A stretch of 64,000 nt of DNA from an uncultured delta proteobacterium (GCA_963796055.1 CAWCKH010000004.1:1600001-1664000); one strand, 5' to 3'. Shown: positions 19,745 through 30,718, counted from the first letter of the stretch. The notes: a model not told the origin generated them from the letters alone. Made by a program: numbers and translations.

Positions 19745-20821
19745 ATGGACGCCCGGGTGCTCCAGCGCCTCCGCCGCAAGGTCCAGCGCGGCGAGCGCCT
19801 CTCCGAGGCGGAGATGCGACGCCTGCGCACCGCAGCCGACGTCGAGGGTGGGGCGGTGCTGAACATCACCCTGGGGCTGGCGCTGTCCAACGCGGGGTCC
19901 GACGCCGAGGCGCTCTCGGTGCTCGGCGCGGCGGCCCACCCGGGGGACCCGGTGGCGGCGCAGGCCCGGGCGCGGGCGCTCGTCCGGGCCGAGCGGCTGG
20001 AAGAGGCCGAGCGCGTCCTGGACGAGGCCGTGGCCCTCCATCCCCAGGAGATCGGGCTCCGGAAGGGTCTGGTTCTGCTGGCACTCCGCCGGGGAGACCG
20101 GGCGATGGCGGAGCGCACGCTCGCCGAGCTGCGGGCGCTCGCCCCGGACGACGCCGAGGCGCGGGCGCTGGCCGAGTCCTTGACGGCGGGCTCGGGCGGC
20201 GGCGCGCTCGAGGTGCTGCTCGGTGGCGCGTGGGAGTCGTTCGGGAAGGCGGGTGCCTGGGAGCACGGGGGCCTGCGCGCGACGTGGACCGAGGAACAGC
20301 CGGCTCCGGGGCTACAGGACGTCCTGGCGCACGTCGTCCCGGTGCTCGCGGACGCGGTGGTCCCCGGGGTGCTCGCTCGTGAGGGCCCGGCGGGGCTGGT
20401 GGTCACCTATCTGAGCGATGGGGTGAGGCTCGACTCGGGGAGCGCGCCCGCCTCGCTCGAGGCGGTGGACGCGACGGCATGGAAGCACCTCGAGGCGTGC
20501 CCCGCGGAGCCGCGTCCGGTCATCGTCGATCGTGGTCGGCCTCGGCTTTCTCCCGAGCCGCTCGGATTGTGGGCGCTGTGTGAGGCCGACGGGGCGGACG
20601 GGGCCCGGCTGCTCACCGGGCCCCAGCGCCGGCGGTTGTTCGAGACGGCGGGGGCGGGCCCGTACCGTGTCTCGCTCGCCCGCCGCGAGCTGGCGCTGGT
20701 CGCGCCGCTCCTGGATCCCTCGGCGGTCGGGCTCCTCGAATCGGTGGAGACCGGGCCGGACGGAGTCGCCGGACGCTTCGTCCTTCAGCCCGACGGGACG
20801 CTGCAGCGGATCGCCGGTTGA
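19745..20821 (+). CDS. TPR-containing hypothetical protein
   Basis: N-terminal TPR-like helices and GC3-rich frame. Confidence 0.65.
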   Translation: MDARVLQRLRRKVQRGERLSEAEMRRLRTAADVEGGAVLNITLGLALSNAGSDAEALSVLGAAAHPGDPVAAQARARALVRAERLEEAERVLDEAVALHPQEIGLRKGLVLLALRRGDRAMAERTLAELRALAPDDAEARALAESLTAGSGGGALEVLLGGAWESFGKAGAWEHGGLRATWTEEQPAPGLQDVLAHVVPVLADAVVPGVLAREGPAGLVVTYLSDGVRLDSGSAPASLEAVDATAWKHLEACPAEPRPVIVDRGRPRLSPEPLGLWALCEADGADGARLLTGPQRRRLFETAGAGPYRVSLARRELALVAPLLDPSAVGLLESVETGPDGVAGRFVLQPDGTLQRIAG

Positions 20822-20941
20822 TGATGCCGGTTCCCGGACCAGCCGCTCCAGCCTTTCGTCGCCAGGCCAGTTCGAACCCGTTGCGGCAGACCAGAAACGC
20901 CCGTCCGGTGACCCTCGGGCGGCCGGGAGGACGAGCCGGGG

Positions 20942-21577
20942 TCAGCTCGCGCCGGACGGTCGGATCGCGTCCACGAAGACCACCTCGTGGAACCCGAGCG
21001 AGAGCAGCAGCCCGGTGAGGGCCCGCTCGGCGCTCCCGCGGGCCTTTGCCTGGAGCGCCGGATCCGCCATCACCTCGCGCTCGAACGCGCTCCGGGCCAG
21101 CTCCAGCAGCTGCGAGGTCTGCGACGAGTCGAGGTTGCTGGCGATGATCTCCGTCTCGCCCGGTCGAAGCTCGACCTGGGCCTGCATGGGGGGGAGCGCC
21201 ACCTCGATGCGCCCTCCCTGGATCCGCAGCCGACGCGCATCGAGCTTCGAGAGGTCCAGCCCGAGGTGGACCGTCCCGAAGACGATGGCCCTCCCATGGG
21301 AGGGGAAGAGCGAGGACTTTGCCCAGGCCAGCACGTCGATCCACAGCGCGCCGGTGGGCGTCGGCTCGGGCGCGTAGGCGATCTTCTTGTAAACCTGGAG
21401 GTCCAGCGTCTCCAGACGCGCCACTTCCCGCATCCGGTCCACGACCAGGGGCGTCGGGGGAACGCTCGGCCCGGGCAGCCGCTGCCAGAGCGCCCAGACT
21501 GTGACCGCGCCCACCGCCACGCCGGCGAGCACGAGCAGGAGCGTCCGAAGCAAGCCGCTGCGCGGGGTGTCTTCCAC
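20942..21577 (-). CDS. Membrane-anchored DUF4230-like protein
   Basis: One N-terminal TM. VARLETL...G.VHLGLDLSKL...LPP...ALTGLLLSLGFHEV pattern. Confidence 0.75.
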   Translation of the reverse strand: MEDTPRSGLLRTLLLVLAGVAVGAVTVWALWQRLPGPSVPPTPLVVDRMREVARLETLDLQVYKKIAYAPEPTPTGALWIDVLAWAKSSLFPSHGRAIVFGTVHLGLDLSKLDARRLRIQGGRIEVALPPMQAQVELRPGETEIIASNLDSSQTSQLLELARSAFEREVMADPALQAKARGSAERALTGLLLSLGFHEVVFVDAIRPSGAS

Positions 21578-21628
21578 CAGGCCCCGAAGCCTACCCCCGC
21601 CAGCCTTCCCCGACTCTTCACTTCGAAG

Positions 21629-21657
21629 TTGACTCTGAGAATCGTTCTCAATTACGA
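21629..21657 (+). promoter_or_regulatory. Sigma70-like promoter overlapped by a Fur-box-like palindrome
   Basis: TTGACT at 21629-21634 followed by TGAGAATCGTTCTCA (21636-21650), a 7-1-7 repeat resembling TGATAATnATTATCA. Confidence 0.6.
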
Positions 21658-21684
21658 CCCGTCCAACGGAGGGATTTCCCGCAC

Positions 21685-22482
21685 ATGTTCAGGTTCTGGC
21701 CGTCGGTCCTGCTGGTGTCCGTGCTGCTCGGAGTGCTCCTGGTCCCGCTGGCTGCCCGGGCGAACGACCGGCACTTCTCCTACACCTACGAGTCGGCGGT
21801 GCTCGCCCCGGGGGAGAAGGAGCTCGAGGTCTGGACGACCGGCCGCGCCGGCCGCGACACCCGGTACACGCGCTTCGACGAGCGCCTCGAGTTCGAGATC
21901 GGCCTGGTCCCCGGCCTGCAGACGTCGTTCTACCTGAACCTCACCACCATCGGTCAGGAGGCGTCCGGCGAGCTGGCGAAGAGCGTCGAGCTCAGTGTGA
22001 GCAACGAGTGGAAGTGGAAGCTCCTCGACTCGTCGCTCGATGCGGTCGGCCTGGCGCTCTACTTCGAGGCCACGGGAGCCGTGGACGCGCTGGAGCTGGA
22101 GGGCAAGCTGATCGTCGACAAGCGGATCGGCAATCTGCTGCTGGCGGCGAACTTTGTGGCCGAGCACGAGTGGGAGTACGGGATCGGCCAGACCGAGAAG
22201 GACCTCCACCTCGACGGGTACCTCGCGGCGGCCTGGTTCTTCACCTCCCGCTTCTCCCTGGGGATCGAGGCGTGGAACGCGAACATCATCTCCGAGGGCG
22301 TCTGGGAGCACTCGGCGTTCTTCCTCGGGCCGGTGGCCTCCTACTCCGGGGACGGGTGGTGGGTGACGTTTACCGTTCTGCCCCAGCTGCCGGCCTTCAA
22401 GCCGTCCGAAGGTGGGGGAACGTACGTCTTCACCGACTACGAGCGGTTCCAGGCGCGGCTGCTGTTCTCCTGGCACATCTAG
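21685..22482 (+). CDS. Outer-membrane beta-barrel protein (DUF6662-like)
   Basis: SD GGAGG, signal peptide ending ARA, F.YTYES..L..GEKELE.W N-terminus, amphipathic aromatic beta-strands. Confidence 0.75.
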   Translation: MFRFWPSVLLVSVLLGVLLVPLAARANDRHFSYTYESAVLAPGEKELEVWTTGRAGRDTRYTRFDERLEFEIGLVPGLQTSFYLNLTTIGQEASGELAKSVELSVSNEWKWKLLDSSLDAVGLALYFEATGAVDALELEGKLIVDKRIGNLLLAANFVAEHEWEYGIGQTEKDLHLDGYLAAAWFFTSRFSLGIEAWNANIISEGVWEHSAFFLGPVASYSGDGWWVTFTVLPQLPAFKPSEGGGTYVFTDYERFQARLLFSWHI

Positions 22483-22503
22483 CGCGGTGCTAATCTCCAG
22501 GCC

Positions 22504-22725
22504 GTGCTCGGCCGTCTTCTCTCCCTGGTGCTCGGTCTCGCGGTGGTGGCCTTCGTCGCCTACTGGACGCTGAACCATCTGGCCGGGGCGGATCGACTGG
22601 ACCCCGAGGGTCGCTCGCAGCCGAAGGCGATGCTCGACCACACCCGGGAAGCGACCCAGCGCATCGAGCGAGACGCCGAGCAGCGGATGCGCGACACCGA
22701 GCGGAAGATGGACGAGGCCCGCTGA
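22504..22725 (+). CDS. Small single-TM coiled-coil protein
   Basis: 73 aa, N-terminal hydrophobic helix and charged helical tail. Confidence 0.65.
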   Translation: MLGRLLSLVLGLAVVAFVAYWTLNHLAGADRLDPEGRSQPKAMLDHTREATQRIERDAEQRMRDTERKMDEAR

Positions 22726-22751
22726 GACGGGCCCCGGAAGCGCCCGGCCCC

Positions 22752-23114
22752 TTACGCCTTTCCTGGCTTCTCGTACGAGACCGTCACCACGGTTCCGATG
22801 CCGCCACGGACGAACCAGTCGCCCACCACGGTGAGCTTGCGGGGCGAGAGCGCGGCGACGAGGTCGTCCCGGATGCGGTTGGTCACCGCCTCGTGGAACG
22901 CGCCCTCGTTCCGGTAGCTCCAGAAGTAGAGCTTCAGGCTCTTCAGCTCGACGCACCTCTGGTCCGGGACGTACCGAATCTTGAAGTGCGCGAAGTCCGG
23001 CTGCCCGGTGAGTGGACAGAGGCAGGTGAACTCCGGCACGTCGAAGGCGATCTCGTAGTCGCGGTCCGGAGAAGGGTTGGGAAAGGTCTCCAGGGTCTTG
23101 GTCGGTCCTGCCAT
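22752..23114 (-). CDS. queF: NADPH-dependent preQ0 reductase (type I)
   Basis: [38 protein letters not shown]. Confidence 0.95.
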   Translation of the reverse strand: MAGPTKTLETFPNPSPDRDYEIAFDVPEFTCLCPLTGQPDFAHFKIRYVPDQRCVELKSLKLYFWSYRNEGAFHEAVTNRIRDDLVAALSPRKLTVVGDWFVRGGIGTVVTVSYEKPGKA

Positions 23115-23152
23115 GCGCCTGGCAATAGCACCGCGGACGGCCTGGCGCCGAA

Positions 23153-23893
23153 TCAGCCCAGGTCGGCGAAGCTGCCGAGGGTGATTCCCGCCTCGACGAG
23201 TGCGCGGCGGGCGGCGGCGGAGGTCAGGGTGGCGAGCTCCACCGCCCGCTGCAGGGCGTAGCTGGTGCGGGTCTCGCGGGGGGGATACCCTGGGTGGCAC
23301 ATCAGCTCGGTGGTGCCCTCCGGGAGGAGGGCCACGGTGCCGGCGAAGCGCTGCTCGGTCCAGTAGGCCTCGCCGCCCGCCTCGCCCACGAAGTGGTCGG
23401 TGGTGCGGATGCCGGCGCGGCGGAGCTCGCTCCGCATCGTCTCGTCGAGGGCACGGACCGGCAGCCCGCGCGCGGCAGCCACCAGGGCCAGCCCCCGGAG
23501 CACCGCCGGGAAGCGATGGAGATGCCGGTGCACGTCGACGTGCGTGGGCCGGCTGCCCAGCAGGGACTCGGCCCGGGCGAGCTGCGCCTCGACCTCCTCG
23601 GCGACGAGGTCGGGCGGGAGTGACCCCACCAGCCCCTCGTCGAAGGCGCCCGCCCGGAGCGACGCCGCCGGGAACCCGGAGGACACCGGCGCTCCCCGCG
23701 AGAGATTCAGGTGGAGGCCGATGGGCAGCCCCTGGGCGAGCCTGGCCCCGTGAGAGGAGTGCGGGAGGTTGACCATCAGCGTGGACGAGCTCACCACCCC
23801 GCTGCGCATCGCGAGCACGATGCCCTCGCTCACCGCCGGGTCGTAGCCGAGGTCGTCGGCGTTGACGATCAGCCGCCGGGCCGGGGCGCTCAC
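23153..23893 (-). CDS. ChbG/HpnK (YdjC) family deacetylase
   Basis: [33 protein letters not shown] overlaps the kinase stop. Confidence 0.88.
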   Translation of the reverse strand: MSAPARRLIVNADDLGYDPAVSEGIVLAMRSGVVSSSTLMVNLPHSSHGARLAQGLPIGLHLNLSRGAPVSSGFPAASLRAGAFDEGLVGSLPPDLVAEEVEAQLARAESLLGSRPTHVDVHRHLHRFPAVLRGLALVAAARGLPVRALDETMRSELRRAGIRTTDHFVGEAGGEAYWTEQRFAGTVALLPEGTTELMCHPGYPPRETRTSYALQRAVELATLTSAAARRALVEAGITLGSFADLG

Positions 23894-25944
23894 GGACGGC
23901 ACTCCGCGATGTACCGCGGGGCCTGCTCGGGGAAGCGGTCGGCGAGCTCCTTCTTCAGCGCCTCGGCCTCGGGGCCGCGCTTGTTCTGGGCCAGCAGGGC
24001 GCACAGCGCCCCCAGCGGCCGCGGGTCGCTGGGGGCGAGCCGATCGGCGGTGCGGTACTCGGACTCGGCGGCGGCGAAGTCGCCCTGCTGGGTGAGCGCT
24101 GCGCCCAGGTAGTAGTGCGCCTTGGCGAGGTTGGGCGACCGGTTCAGCGCGGCCCGGAGGAGCCGCATCGCGTCCGCCGACTGGTTCTGCCGCAGCTTCA
24201 CGAAACCCAGCTCGGCCGCGGCGCCCGCGTGGAACCGGTGCCTGAGCACCGCGTTGAGGACACCTGAGGCCTCGTCGAGCCGGCCGGCCTGGCTGAGCAG
24301 CTCGCCCCGGCGCACGGCGATCTCCCGGTCGTTGGGGGCCTTCCTGCTCGCCGAGGTCAGTGACTCGAGCATCCCCGCCGCATCGCCCTGCAGCCGGCGC
24401 AGGTCGGCACGGAGCAGGTCCGGGCGCGGATCGTCCGGCGCCAGCCCGATGGCGCGGTCGATGGCCGCGTCCGCCCGCTTCCCCAGCCGGAGCCCGACGC
24501 ACGCGCGGGCCTCCTGCAGCGCAGCCTCGAGCGACTTGGGGAAACGCCGGGCGAACGCCTGGGTGACGGCCAGCGCCCCCTCCAGGTCCGGGCTCTGCAG
24601 GGCCAGCTCCCCCGCGCGGCGCAGGTCGGTCTCGCTCGCGCTCGGATCCTCGGCGAGCGCGGTCAGCTGGCGGATGCGGTCCCCCGGAGTGGAGGCCTTC
24701 TCTGCGAGCTGGAGCCGGTCCGCCACCGTGCGCTCCGGGCGGTTCACCAGGGCGATCGCCCCGGCCACCACCACCAGACCCAGGACCACCGGACCCAGCA
24801 CCTCCACCCGGAATAGGCTCTGCCTCGCCCAGTCCGCCCAGCGCTGCCAGGAGGATGGACCAGAGGGGACCTCGGGCTTGGTCACCTTCCTCGGTGGGCG
24901 GCTCTCCTCCCGGGGCGGGAGCAGGTCGATGGCGGTGTCGTGGGGCGACCGGGTGGGGGTCGACGGGTCTGCCAGCCGCGCGCGGCGGAGGGCGATGCGC
25001 TTGGGGTCCTCCTCGGCGGGGAAGACTGCGCTGACGTACGCCGAGACCTCCTCAGGTGTGGCCACCCGCGCCGGCCCGCCCACCGACTCGATGGCGGCGA
25101 TGAACTCGTGCAGCGACGGGAAGCGCCGGGCCGGGTCCTTCGAGAGCGCGGTGAGGCAGACCAGCTCGAGGGCCAGTGGCACCGAGGGATCGAACTCCGT
25201 CGGCCGCCGCGGCCGACCCTCGGCGATGCGGTTCAGCACCTCCTCGGTGTTGAGACCGGTGAAGGGTCGCCGCCCACAGAGCTGCTCGTAGAGCATCACC
25301 CCGGCGGCGAAGAGGTCGGCGCGGTGGTCCACGTCCTGGCCGGCGATCATCTCCGGGGACATGTAGAAGAACTTGCCCTTCAGCGTTCCGGGCTCGGTGC
25401 CCCCGGGCACCGCGGCTGACTTGGCGATCCCGAAGTCGATGACCTTCACCTCGCCGGTGACGCTGACGTGGATGTTGTCCGGGGTGAAGTCGCGATGGAC
25501 GATCTGCAGCTCACGGCCCTTGCTGTCCACCGCACGGTGCGCGGCGTCCAGCCCCCGGCAGGCCTCGGTGAGGACCCGCAGGGTGACGCCCAGCGGGACG
25601 CGGCGGCCCGACTGCGCCGCGGTCTGACGAAGCTCGGCGAAGCTGTGCCCCTCGAGCAGCTCCATGGCGATGAACGGCTCGGCCTGGACGTTGCCCAGGT
25701 CGAGGATGCGCACCACGTTCGGATGGGCGATCTGCCGGGTGATCTCCGCCTCGTTGAGGAACATCCGGACGATGGCCGCGTCGGTGGTCAGGTGAGGGAG
25801 GAGCCGTTTCACCGCCACCGCCGGCCCGAACCGTCCGTCCGGCTGGAGGGCCCGCCCGAGATACACCTCGGCCATGCCGCCCGTCGCGATGCGCGACGTC
25901 AGTCGGTACCGGCCGAACCAGGACGAGCTCGTGCTCAGGGTCAA
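23890..25944 (-). CDS. Membrane Ser/Thr protein kinase with C-terminal TPRs
   Basis: [38 protein letters not shown], one TM, TPR repeats. Confidence 0.92.
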   Translation of the reverse strand: MTLSTSSSWFGRYRLTSRIATGGMAEVYLGRALQPDGRFGPAVAVKRLLPHLTTDAAIVRMFLNEAEITRQIAHPNVVRILDLGNVQAEPFIAMELLEGHSFAELRQTAAQSGRRVPLGVTLRVLTEACRGLDAAHRAVDSKGRELQIVHRDFTPDNIHVSVTGEVKVIDFGIAKSAAVPGGTEPGTLKGKFFYMSPEMIAGQDVDHRADLFAAGVMLYEQLCGRRPFTGLNTEEVLNRIAEGRPRRPTEFDPSVPLALELVCLTALSKDPARRFPSLHEFIAAIESVGGPARVATPEEVSAYVSAVFPAEEDPKRIALRRARLADPSTPTRSPHDTAIDLLPPREESRPPRKVTKPEVPSGPSSWQRWADWARQSLFRVEVLGPVVLGLVVVAGAIALVNRPERTVADRLQLAEKASTPGDRIRQLTALAEDPSASETDLRRAGELALQSPDLEGALAVTQAFARRFPKSLEAALQEARACVGLRLGKRADAAIDRAIGLAPDDPRPDLLRADLRRLQGDAAGMLESLTSASRKAPNDREIAVRRGELLSQAGRLDEASGVLNAVLRHRFHAGAAAELGFVKLRQNQSADAMRLLRAALNRSPNLAKAHYYLGAALTQQGDFAAAESEYRTADRLAPSDPRPLGALCALLAQNKRGPEAEALKKELADRFPEQAPRYIAECRP

Positions 25945-25997
25945 CGGTGTCGGAAGTCTACACCGTCGACGTGGCCCGCCCCCCTCGAGTCATGGAG

Positions 25998-26942
25998 TCA
26001 GAGGGCGATGCCGAGGCCGATCCACGGCCCCTGGTACCGCTCGGTGTGGGGGACCCCGTCCACGAGGCCCCGGTCGTCGAGGTAGGTCCAGTGGTAGCCG
26101 CCACGGAGCGCGAAGTGGTCCCAACCGATGCTCGCCCCGGCGAAGGCGTCGAACTCCACGAAGGGGGTGGGCGTGTAGCTCACCTGACCCTCGATGCCCA
26201 GCGGACCGATCAGCCCCAGCGCGACCGAGACGCCCACCGAGGGCCCGATGCGGGACAGGTCCGGAGCGAACGCGCCGCTGCCACCGAGGTGCAGGCGGAG
26301 CCGGCCCAGCGGTCCGCTGAGCAGCGCATAGGTCGCGTGCAGGTGGACGACGTTGACGTTGTCCGTGCCGAGGCCGGTGAGCGAGTCCAGGTAGAAGCCG
26401 TTCCACTGCGCCAGCACGCCCCAGTGCTCGCCCTCGACGCCGAGTCCCAGGCCGAAGGCGCTGCCCTTCGACTCGACGTGCTGGCCGTAGCCGGTGATGC
26501 TGAAGATGGTGCGCTTCACCGAGCGCTCCGGGACGAGCGGGAGCCCATCCTCGTCGACCGGCGGACCCGGGGGTGGGGGCGGGTAGTTGCCCGGCGGGTA
26601 GACGCCGGGCGGATACCCGGGGGCGACGTAGGTCCCGTAGGGCGCGACGACGGTGGGCGGGCCCACGGGCACGGGCTCGGTCCACCACGGGTCCCACAGC
26701 CAGCCGCGGTAGCCGAATCCCCACCCGTAGACGTAAGCGGGCGGCACGGGCCGCACGACGGGAGGGCCGCGCGGGACCCATCCACCCCCGGCGTTGCCGC
26801 CCGAGCCAGGGGAGGGGGTCACGGGGTGAGGCGCAGAGCTCGGAGGCGCGGTGCGCATCCCGAAGCGTCCCTGCGCGAGCGCCGGGGCACTGCCCAGGAG
26901 GACGCCGAGGAGCAGCGGGAGCAGTCGAGTTCGAGAGGACAT
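25998..26942 (-). CDS. Pro-rich exported protein with C-terminal beta-barrel-like domain
   Basis: Signal peptide (PALAQ), P/G/Y/W-rich low-complexity region, amphipathic strands ending GPWIGLGIAL. Confidence 0.7.
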   Translation of the reverse strand: MSSRTRLLPLLLGVLLGSAPALAQGRFGMRTAPPSSAPHPVTPSPGSGGNAGGGWVPRGPPVVRPVPPAYVYGWGFGYRGWLWDPWWTEPVPVGPPTVVAPYGTYVAPGYPPGVYPPGNYPPPPPGPPVDEDGLPLVPERSVKRTIFSITGYGQHVESKGSAFGLGLGVEGEHWGVLAQWNGFYLDSLTGLGTDNVNVVHLHATYALLSGPLGRLRLHLGGSGAFAPDLSRIGPSVGVSVALGLIGPLGIEGQVSYTPTPFVEFDAFAGASIGWDHFALRGGYHWTYLDDRGLVDGVPHTERYQGPWIGLGIAL

Positions 26943-27106
26943 CCTGAGCACCCGGGAGAGTGGCCGGCCGCCGGGGGAACGTGTGTCTGACGCAGCGGCG
27001 TTTCACGGGATTCATCGGGGAGTCGGGGCTGCCGGACCTGGGTAGGGTGCGCAGCTTTCCTCGCGTATGACTGCCCTGGAGCGGCTCCGGCGGACGGGGG
27101 CCCAGG

Positions 27107-29548
27107 TCATTCCTTCTTGCCCGAGCGCGAGGTCCCGTCCGACGTTCCCCGGCCGGCGAGCAGCTCCGGCACGGACGCGGGCATCGACGCCAGGTGCACC
27201 TCGTTCTGGGGGTAGTCGATGCCGGCCTCGCCCAGGACCCGACTGATCGCGGTGCGCAGCTCGCTCGCCACCCGGTCACGGATCTCCTCCGGCGTCCATA
27301 TCTGAAGCTGGAAGTTCAGCGCGCTGTTCCCGAAGCCGGCGAAGAGCGCGAGCGGCTCGGGAGCTTTCAGCACCTCGGGATGCGTCCCGGCGACCTGGAG
27401 CAGCAGCTCCTGGACGCGCTCGGCCGAGGTCCCCTCGGCAACGCTCACGTTGATGTCGGTCCGGCGCCGTTTATCGGAGAGCGTCCAGTTGGTCACCTCG
27501 TTGGAGATGAGGTGCGCGTTGGGGACCACCACCTCGGAACCCTGCTCGGTGAAGACCGTGCTCGAGCGGATCCCGATCCGCCGCACGATTCCCTCCACCT
27601 CCCCCACCTGGATGACGTCGCCCACCTGCACCGGGCGCTCGTAGAGGAGGATCAGTCCGGACACGAAGTTGTTGACCACGTCCTGAAGACCGAAGCCGAT
27701 GCCCACCCCGAGGGTGCCGACGAGGACCGTGAGGCGGGTCAGCTCCGTCCCCGAGGCGAGAACGGCGAGCACCGTGCCCACGGCGATCACGGCGTAGGTC
27801 GCGGTCCGGGCGATGGCGGTGTGCACTCCACGGCCCAGGCCGCGGGTCTTCAGCCCCTCGTCGAGGACGAACCCCACCAGCCGCCCGAGCAGGACCGAAA
27901 TCCACAGGGTGGCGACGAACGCCAGCACGTCGCCGAGCGACAGATCGAGCGAGCCCATGCGAGCGCGCCAGGAGACGACCCGCTGCGCTGTGTCCCAGAG
28001 CGGTGTATCGATGCGGAAGAGCCGGGCGGTGGCAAAGAGCCAGAGCAGGCCGACGGCCCAGCGGAGGTAGCGCGTTCCGCGCGTCTGGAACAGCTCGGCG
28101 TTGCCGGCGATCAGCGGCCTGCGACTCACAGTGGGGTTGCGGAGCACGACGATCAACAGACCCTCGAGGACCTGGAGGACTCCGGAGAGCAGGAGCAGCA
28201 CCGCGCCGCTGTACAGCGTGCCGTTGACCAGCAACCGCGCGAGCGCCACGTTGCCGACGAGATTGGCCACCACCGAGCCGAGGAGAAGGCCCGTCCCGGC
28301 GATCAGCGCCGCCCGGAGGAGCGGCCGCCAGCGCTTCGACGCAATCTCCGCCTCCCAGCCGCGCCGGCGAAGCTCCCCCACCAAAACCGCGGTCGCCGCG
28401 AGACTGACGGCTAGCATGATCGCTCGCCGCAGCAGCGACAGGTCGGGCGCGAGGGTGGAGACGATGTGGATGGCGACGATGAACCCGAGGGCGTAGGCCG
28501 ATCGCCGGGCCCGCGCCGGGATGATGTTTTGCCCTGCGGCGAAGAAGGCCACCAGCATTCCCAGGAGGAGGACCTGGGAGACGATCACCGGGCGGGTCTG
28601 GAGCCAGACCATGGCGACGGTGAGGGTCAGGAGCAAGGCCGCAGCGAGGGGGTGCCGGAGCACGTCGATCGCGGTCGCGATGCTGGGGTCGCTGGCCGTC
28701 TCCGCTTTGAGCCGCGCCCGTCCCCGCCAGAGAACGATGGTGAGGAGCACCAGGAGGCCGGCGAGCACCAGGACTCGCTCGTTGTGGCTCCCGACGAAGT
28801 CCTTCAGTGCGGTGGCATGTTTGCGAAGCGTCTGGAGGATCTGCTGCCGGACCTTCTCCACCTGCGTCGGGCGGGAGAGCAGCTTCCGGAACGGGACACT
28901 CTCCACCTCGAAGAGCTGCTCGGCCTGGAGCGCCTCCGCCTGGGCCACGCTGGCCAGGGCGTCGGCGATGCGCATCCGGGTCGTGGCCACCTGGTTCTGC
29001 GTGGCCAGCAGCTGACCGAGCTGAGTCCGCGCCTGTGTGGTCGTCGCGGTGATGGAGGCGCGCAGCGCGGCGATGCGCTCCAGGACAGGAGGGGGGGCCC
29101 CGTCTTGGCGGGCCTGAGCTTCGGTGAGCGACCAGACCTCGTCCATGCGCTGGAGCTCTTGCCTGTTCTCGTAGACGGCGCGCACGGCGGACTCGAGCCC
29201 GTCCTCCCAGCTGGCGAGGGTATCGTCGGCTCGCTGCAGCACCGGGCGGACGTCGGCCAAGTCCTGCTTCGGCGGCGGTGGGGCCTTTCCGGCCAGTGGA
29301 TCGATGCTCGACACCACTGTGGGGAGCCCCTGCTGGACCTCCTCGATCAGCTGGTCGTCGGCCAGCGGCTTCGCCATCGCCTTGAGGACGCCGTGGGCCT
29401 TCTCGGCGGAGCGGAGGACCTCCGGGAGCAAGATCGCCGCGGGCCCGGCATCGCGCACCTCGGGCACCGAAGCGGGTTCGGGCGCCGGCGACGCAGCTTC
29501 TGGCCCGAGCGGCCACTGGAGCAAGACGGCGAGGAGGACGGTCCGCAT
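27107..29548 (-). CDS. Large MscS-family mechanosensitive channel (MscK-like architecture)
   Basis: Signal peptide, coiled-coil periplasmic domain, many TMs, GIGFGLQDVVNNFVSGLILLYERPVQVGD, VVVPN. Confidence 0.92.
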   Translation of the reverse strand: MRTVLLAVLLQWPLGPEAASPAPEPASVPEVRDAGPAAILLPEVLRSAEKAHGVLKAMAKPLADDQLIEEVQQGLPTVVSSIDPLAGKAPPPPKQDLADVRPVLQRADDTLASWEDGLESAVRAVYENRQELQRMDEVWSLTEAQARQDGAPPPVLERIAALRASITATTTQARTQLGQLLATQNQVATTRMRIADALASVAQAEALQAEQLFEVESVPFRKLLSRPTQVEKVRQQILQTLRKHATALKDFVGSHNERVLVLAGLLVLLTIVLWRGRARLKAETASDPSIATAIDVLRHPLAAALLLTLTVAMVWLQTRPVIVSQVLLLGMLVAFFAAGQNIIPARARRSAYALGFIVAIHIVSTLAPDLSLLRRAIMLAVSLAATAVLVGELRRRGWEAEIASKRWRPLLRAALIAGTGLLLGSVVANLVGNVALARLLVNGTLYSGAVLLLLSGVLQVLEGLLIVVLRNPTVSRRPLIAGNAELFQTRGTRYLRWAVGLLWLFATARLFRIDTPLWDTAQRVVSWRARMGSLDLSLGDVLAFVATLWISVLLGRLVGFVLDEGLKTRGLGRGVHTAIARTATYAVIAVGTVLAVLASGTELTRLTVLVGTLGVGIGFGLQDVVNNFVSGLILLYERPVQVGDVIQVGEVEGIVRRIGIRSSTVFTEQGSEVVVPNAHLISNEVTNWTLSDKRRRTDINVSVAEGTSAERVQELLLQVAGTHPEVLKAPEPLALFAGFGNSALNFQLQIWTPEEIRDRVASELRTAISRVLGEAGIDYPQNEVHLASMPASVPELLAGRGTSDGTSRSGKKE

Positions 29549-29598
29549 TGGCGGCCGAGACTAGCGCGCGCCCTGGAGGGCGCTAGCTGGATGAGCGA

Positions 29599-29997
29599 TC
29601 AGCCCTCGCTCGGGATTGCAGCAGCGGGCGGCGCGACCACCGGGTAGGCCTCGCCGTCGATCAGGCCTGTCTGCAGCGACAGCGGGTCCACCCCCTCGAG
29701 GCAGCCCACGTTCACCCCGTAGAGATCCGGGGCCACGCGCGGGCGGTGGAAGGTGTAGATGCCGCAGACCTTGCAGAAGTAGTGCTTCGCCACCCGGGTG
29801 TTGAACTGGTACAGCGACAGGAACTCCTCGCCGGAGAGCAGCCGGAAGCTCTCTGCGGAGACGCGCGTCATCACCGCCGCCCGGCGCTTGCAGAGCGAGC
29901 AGTTGCACCGCGCCGCGGGCGAGAGCGTCGACCTGACCTCGAACTGAACCCTCCCGCAGTGGCACGCGCCGCGATGGGTCTGCATCTCGCCCTGCAT
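29599..29997 (-). CDS. GFA/CENP-V family protein
   Basis: GACHCG, CNCSLC, HYFCKVCG, GVNVGCL. Confidence 0.9.
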   Translation of the reverse strand: MQGEMQTHRGACHCGRVQFEVRSTLSPAARCNCSLCKRRAAVMTRVSAESFRLLSGEEFLSLYQFNTRVAKHYFCKVCGIYTFHRPRVAPDLYGVNVGCLEGVDPLSLQTGLIDGEAYPVVAPPAAAIPSEG

Positions 29998-30106
29998 GGA
30001 AGCCTCCGCGTTTGTCGCCGCACCTCTGCGGGCGCCGCGCATCTTCGGGTCGTCGTCGCGACGAGTCCACCGACACGGAGACCAGACCCCCCGAGGCCAG
30101 CAGCAG

Positions 30107-30718
30107 TCAGCTCGGAGACCACCCGGCGAGCGTCTCGACGATGCGCGCCGCGCCGAGGTCGGCCGGCACCGGTGCGCGCAGGCGGTTCACCCAGGTGACG
30201 GCGAATCCCTGCAGCAGCGCGCCCCGGGCGTCGAACGGCGAGCCTGCGACGTAGGCGACCTCGGCCGGTTCCGAACCGAGACGCTCACAGGCGAGCCGGT
30301 AGGGCGCAGGGTCGGGCTTGTAGGCGCCGGCGGCCTCGGCGGTCACCACGGCGCTGAAGGGCACGCCCACGCAGCCGGCCGCGCGCCGCCCCAGCGGCTC
30401 GGAGCAGTTGGTCACCGCCGCGGTCGGCAGGGGGAGCGAGCCGAGCACCGGCCTCACGTCGGACCACGGACGCAGCGTGTCCCAGCGCCGCTCGAGCCTC
30501 ATCGCGGCTTCTGGCAGCAGGCCCACCGACTCCGCGGCCTCGGCCACCAGATCCAGGTACGGACGGTAGGTGCCCGCCGTCGAGGTGAGCGCGAGGTAAC
30601 GCTGCCTCCAGGGCCGGCCGAGCGCCCCGGCGCCCAGCTCCTCCGCCACCGCGTCCCAGACCGACCAGCTGTCGAGCAGCGCCGAGAGCAGGTCGAAGCA
30701 GACGGCGCGCACGCTCAC
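30107..30718 (-). CDS. HAD-superfamily hydrolase (haloacid dehalogenase-like)
   Basis: VCFDLLSALLD, VTN, YKPDPAPY, FDARGA. GTG overlaps the ABC transporter stop. Confidence 0.85.
   Translation of the reverse strand: MSVRAVCFDLLSALLDSWSVWDAVAEELGAGALGRPWRQRYLALTSTAGTYRPYLDLVAEAAESVGLLPEAAMRLERRWDTLRPWSDVRPVLGSLPLPTAAVTNCSEPLGRRAAGCVGVPFSAVVTAEAAGAYKPDPAPYRLACERLGSEPAEVAYVAGSPFDARGALLQGFAVTWVNRLRAPVPADLGAARIVETLAGWSPS

Noticed and set aside
2643..23114. queC + queF as a 7-deazaguanine DNA-modification (dpd) system, or under a preQ1 riboswitch
   Set aside because: The genes are 20 kb apart in housekeeping contexts, with no dpdA/tgt paralog and no room or motif for a riboswitch upstream.
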